From the sequence record NZ_CP102943.1: DNA of 38,606 nucleotides, one strand, 5' to 3'. Shown piece by piece: positions 37,814 through 38,606 of the stretch. The first letter of the stretch is position 1, and each line of letters opens with the position of its first letter. The DNA comes from a plasmid. The notes beneath the pieces are model-generated. The model worked only from the letters and a program-made list of their open reading frames with translations. It had not been told where the DNA came from and ran no database searches. Both the position numbers and the translations under genes were made by a program.

Positions 37814-38605
37814 ATGTTTGAATTATTGGCGCTTGCCCAGCAATGCGCCCCTGACGTATCGCCGCTCACGATGGCCGCGATCGTTGAAGTGGAATCGAGC
37901 CGCAACCCCTTCGCCATCGGCGTAGTGGGCGGCAAGCTACCCCGCCAACCGCGCTCCAAGGGCGAAGCCCTGGCAGCGGTGCAGCAGTTGAAGGCCAACG
38001 GCTTCAACTATTCGGTGGGCATCAGTCAGGTCAACCGCTACAACCTCGCGGTCTACGGGCTGACCGAGGAAACCGCGTTCGATGCCTGCGCGAACCTGCG
38101 AGCAGGTTCGCGCATCCTCCAAGAGTGCTACGGCCGTGCCCTTGCCAAGATGCCAGGGCAAGAGCAGCAGGCACTGCACGCCGCGTTCTCCTGCTACTAC
38201 TCCGGCAACTTCAAGCGTGGCTTCGTGCCGGACAGGCCCGGTGAACTGAGCTACGTTGCCAAGGTCGTTGCGAGGGCTGGAAAAATCGCATCGGCACCGC
38301 CGGCGGTGCCGGCAGTTGGAGTGCAGCCCGAAGCGGCGGCGATTGCCCTGGGTCCAATCGCGCCGATGCAGCTGCTGGGGATGCCTGCCCAGCAGCCGCG
38401 GCCGATGCCGCCGCCGGCGGACCATGCCCCGGTTCTGGCAATCGGCGAGCAGCAACCGCGCCAAGCACGCCAAGCACGCCAAGCAGAATCCCAAGAGTTC
38501 GGCAGCGCAGAGCCTGTGCGCCTGACCGGAACTGCGCCGGCGGCGACGCCGGCACCTGTCGAAACCAAGCCGGCGATGGTTGCCAGCGCGTCGCTCATCT
38601 TCTGA
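37814..38605 (+). CDS. virB1: VirB1 lytic transglycosylase with a Pro/Ala-rich C-terminus
   Basis: N-terminal SLT domain (AAIVEVESSRNPFAIG, GISQVN, YY.GN); C-terminal low-complexity region with a QARQARQA repeat. Confidence 0.85.
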   Translation: MFELLALAQQCAPDVSPLTMAAIVEVESSRNPFAIGVVGGKLPRQPRSKGEALAAVQQLKANGFNYSVGISQVNRYNLAVYGLTEETAFDACANLRAGSRILQECYGRALAKMPGQEQQALHAAFSCYYSGNFKRGFVPDRPGELSYVAKVVARAGKIASAPPAVPAVGVQPEAAAIALGPIAPMQLLGMPAQQPRPMPPPADHAPVLAIGEQQPRQARQARQAESQEFGSAEPVRLTGTAPAATPAPVETKPAMVASASLIF

Positions 38606-38606
38606 G

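Overview
High-GC (about 63-65%) window that reads as the backbone of a broad-host-range conjugative plasmid (or ICE) from a Proteobacterium, possibly Xanthomonas/Stenotrophomonas-like or a PromA/IncP-related group; this is inferred from gene content and is not searchable here. Main contents: (1) a type IA DNA topoisomerase with four C-terminal zinc-ribbon repeats; (2) a VirB/VirD4-type type IV secretion system in two blocks, virB2-B3-B4-B5-eex-like lipoprotein-virB6 (2.5-7.9 kb) and virB7-B8-B9-B10-B11-virD4 (8.1-14.9 kb, almost all joined by ATGA/GTGA overlaps), with virB1 at the far end of the window; (3) a mobilisation module mobC-relaxase (minus strand) next to an oriT candidate whose nick core resembles that of RP4 (CCTATCCTGC); (4) an IncP-style central control operon korA-like/incC(parA)/korB(parB) followed by a translationally coupled DUF192 gene; (5) a RepA-type replication initiator flanked by repeats, DnaA-box-like sites and terminators; (6) a kfrA homolog, a small RHH regulator and a serine resolvase; (7) a roughly 2.9 kb trimeric autotransporter (YadA/XadA-like) adhesin as cargo; (8) a ParD/ParE toxin-antitoxin pair; (9) several operons of unknown function (15.0-17.6 kb plus strand; 33.9-36.4 kb minus strand). 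Two repeat families are not explained by the genes. The first is a 19-bp palindromic operator-like motif, CCAAnAT-nTACCAT-cTTGG, found nine times and always 20-110 bp upstream of the first gene of an operon. The second is an iteron-like 16-bp direct repeat, CAAGACAnnTTCAGCG, found about 11 times, with a phased cluster of five at 17.7-18.15 kb. The two window ends look contiguous (virB1 stop plus the Shine-Dalgarno for the topoisomerase gene), which is consistent with a complete circular replicon of about 38.6 kb. CDS coordinates are anchored on the supplied ORF track and are reliable; coordinates of motifs read by eye may be off by 1-2 nt.
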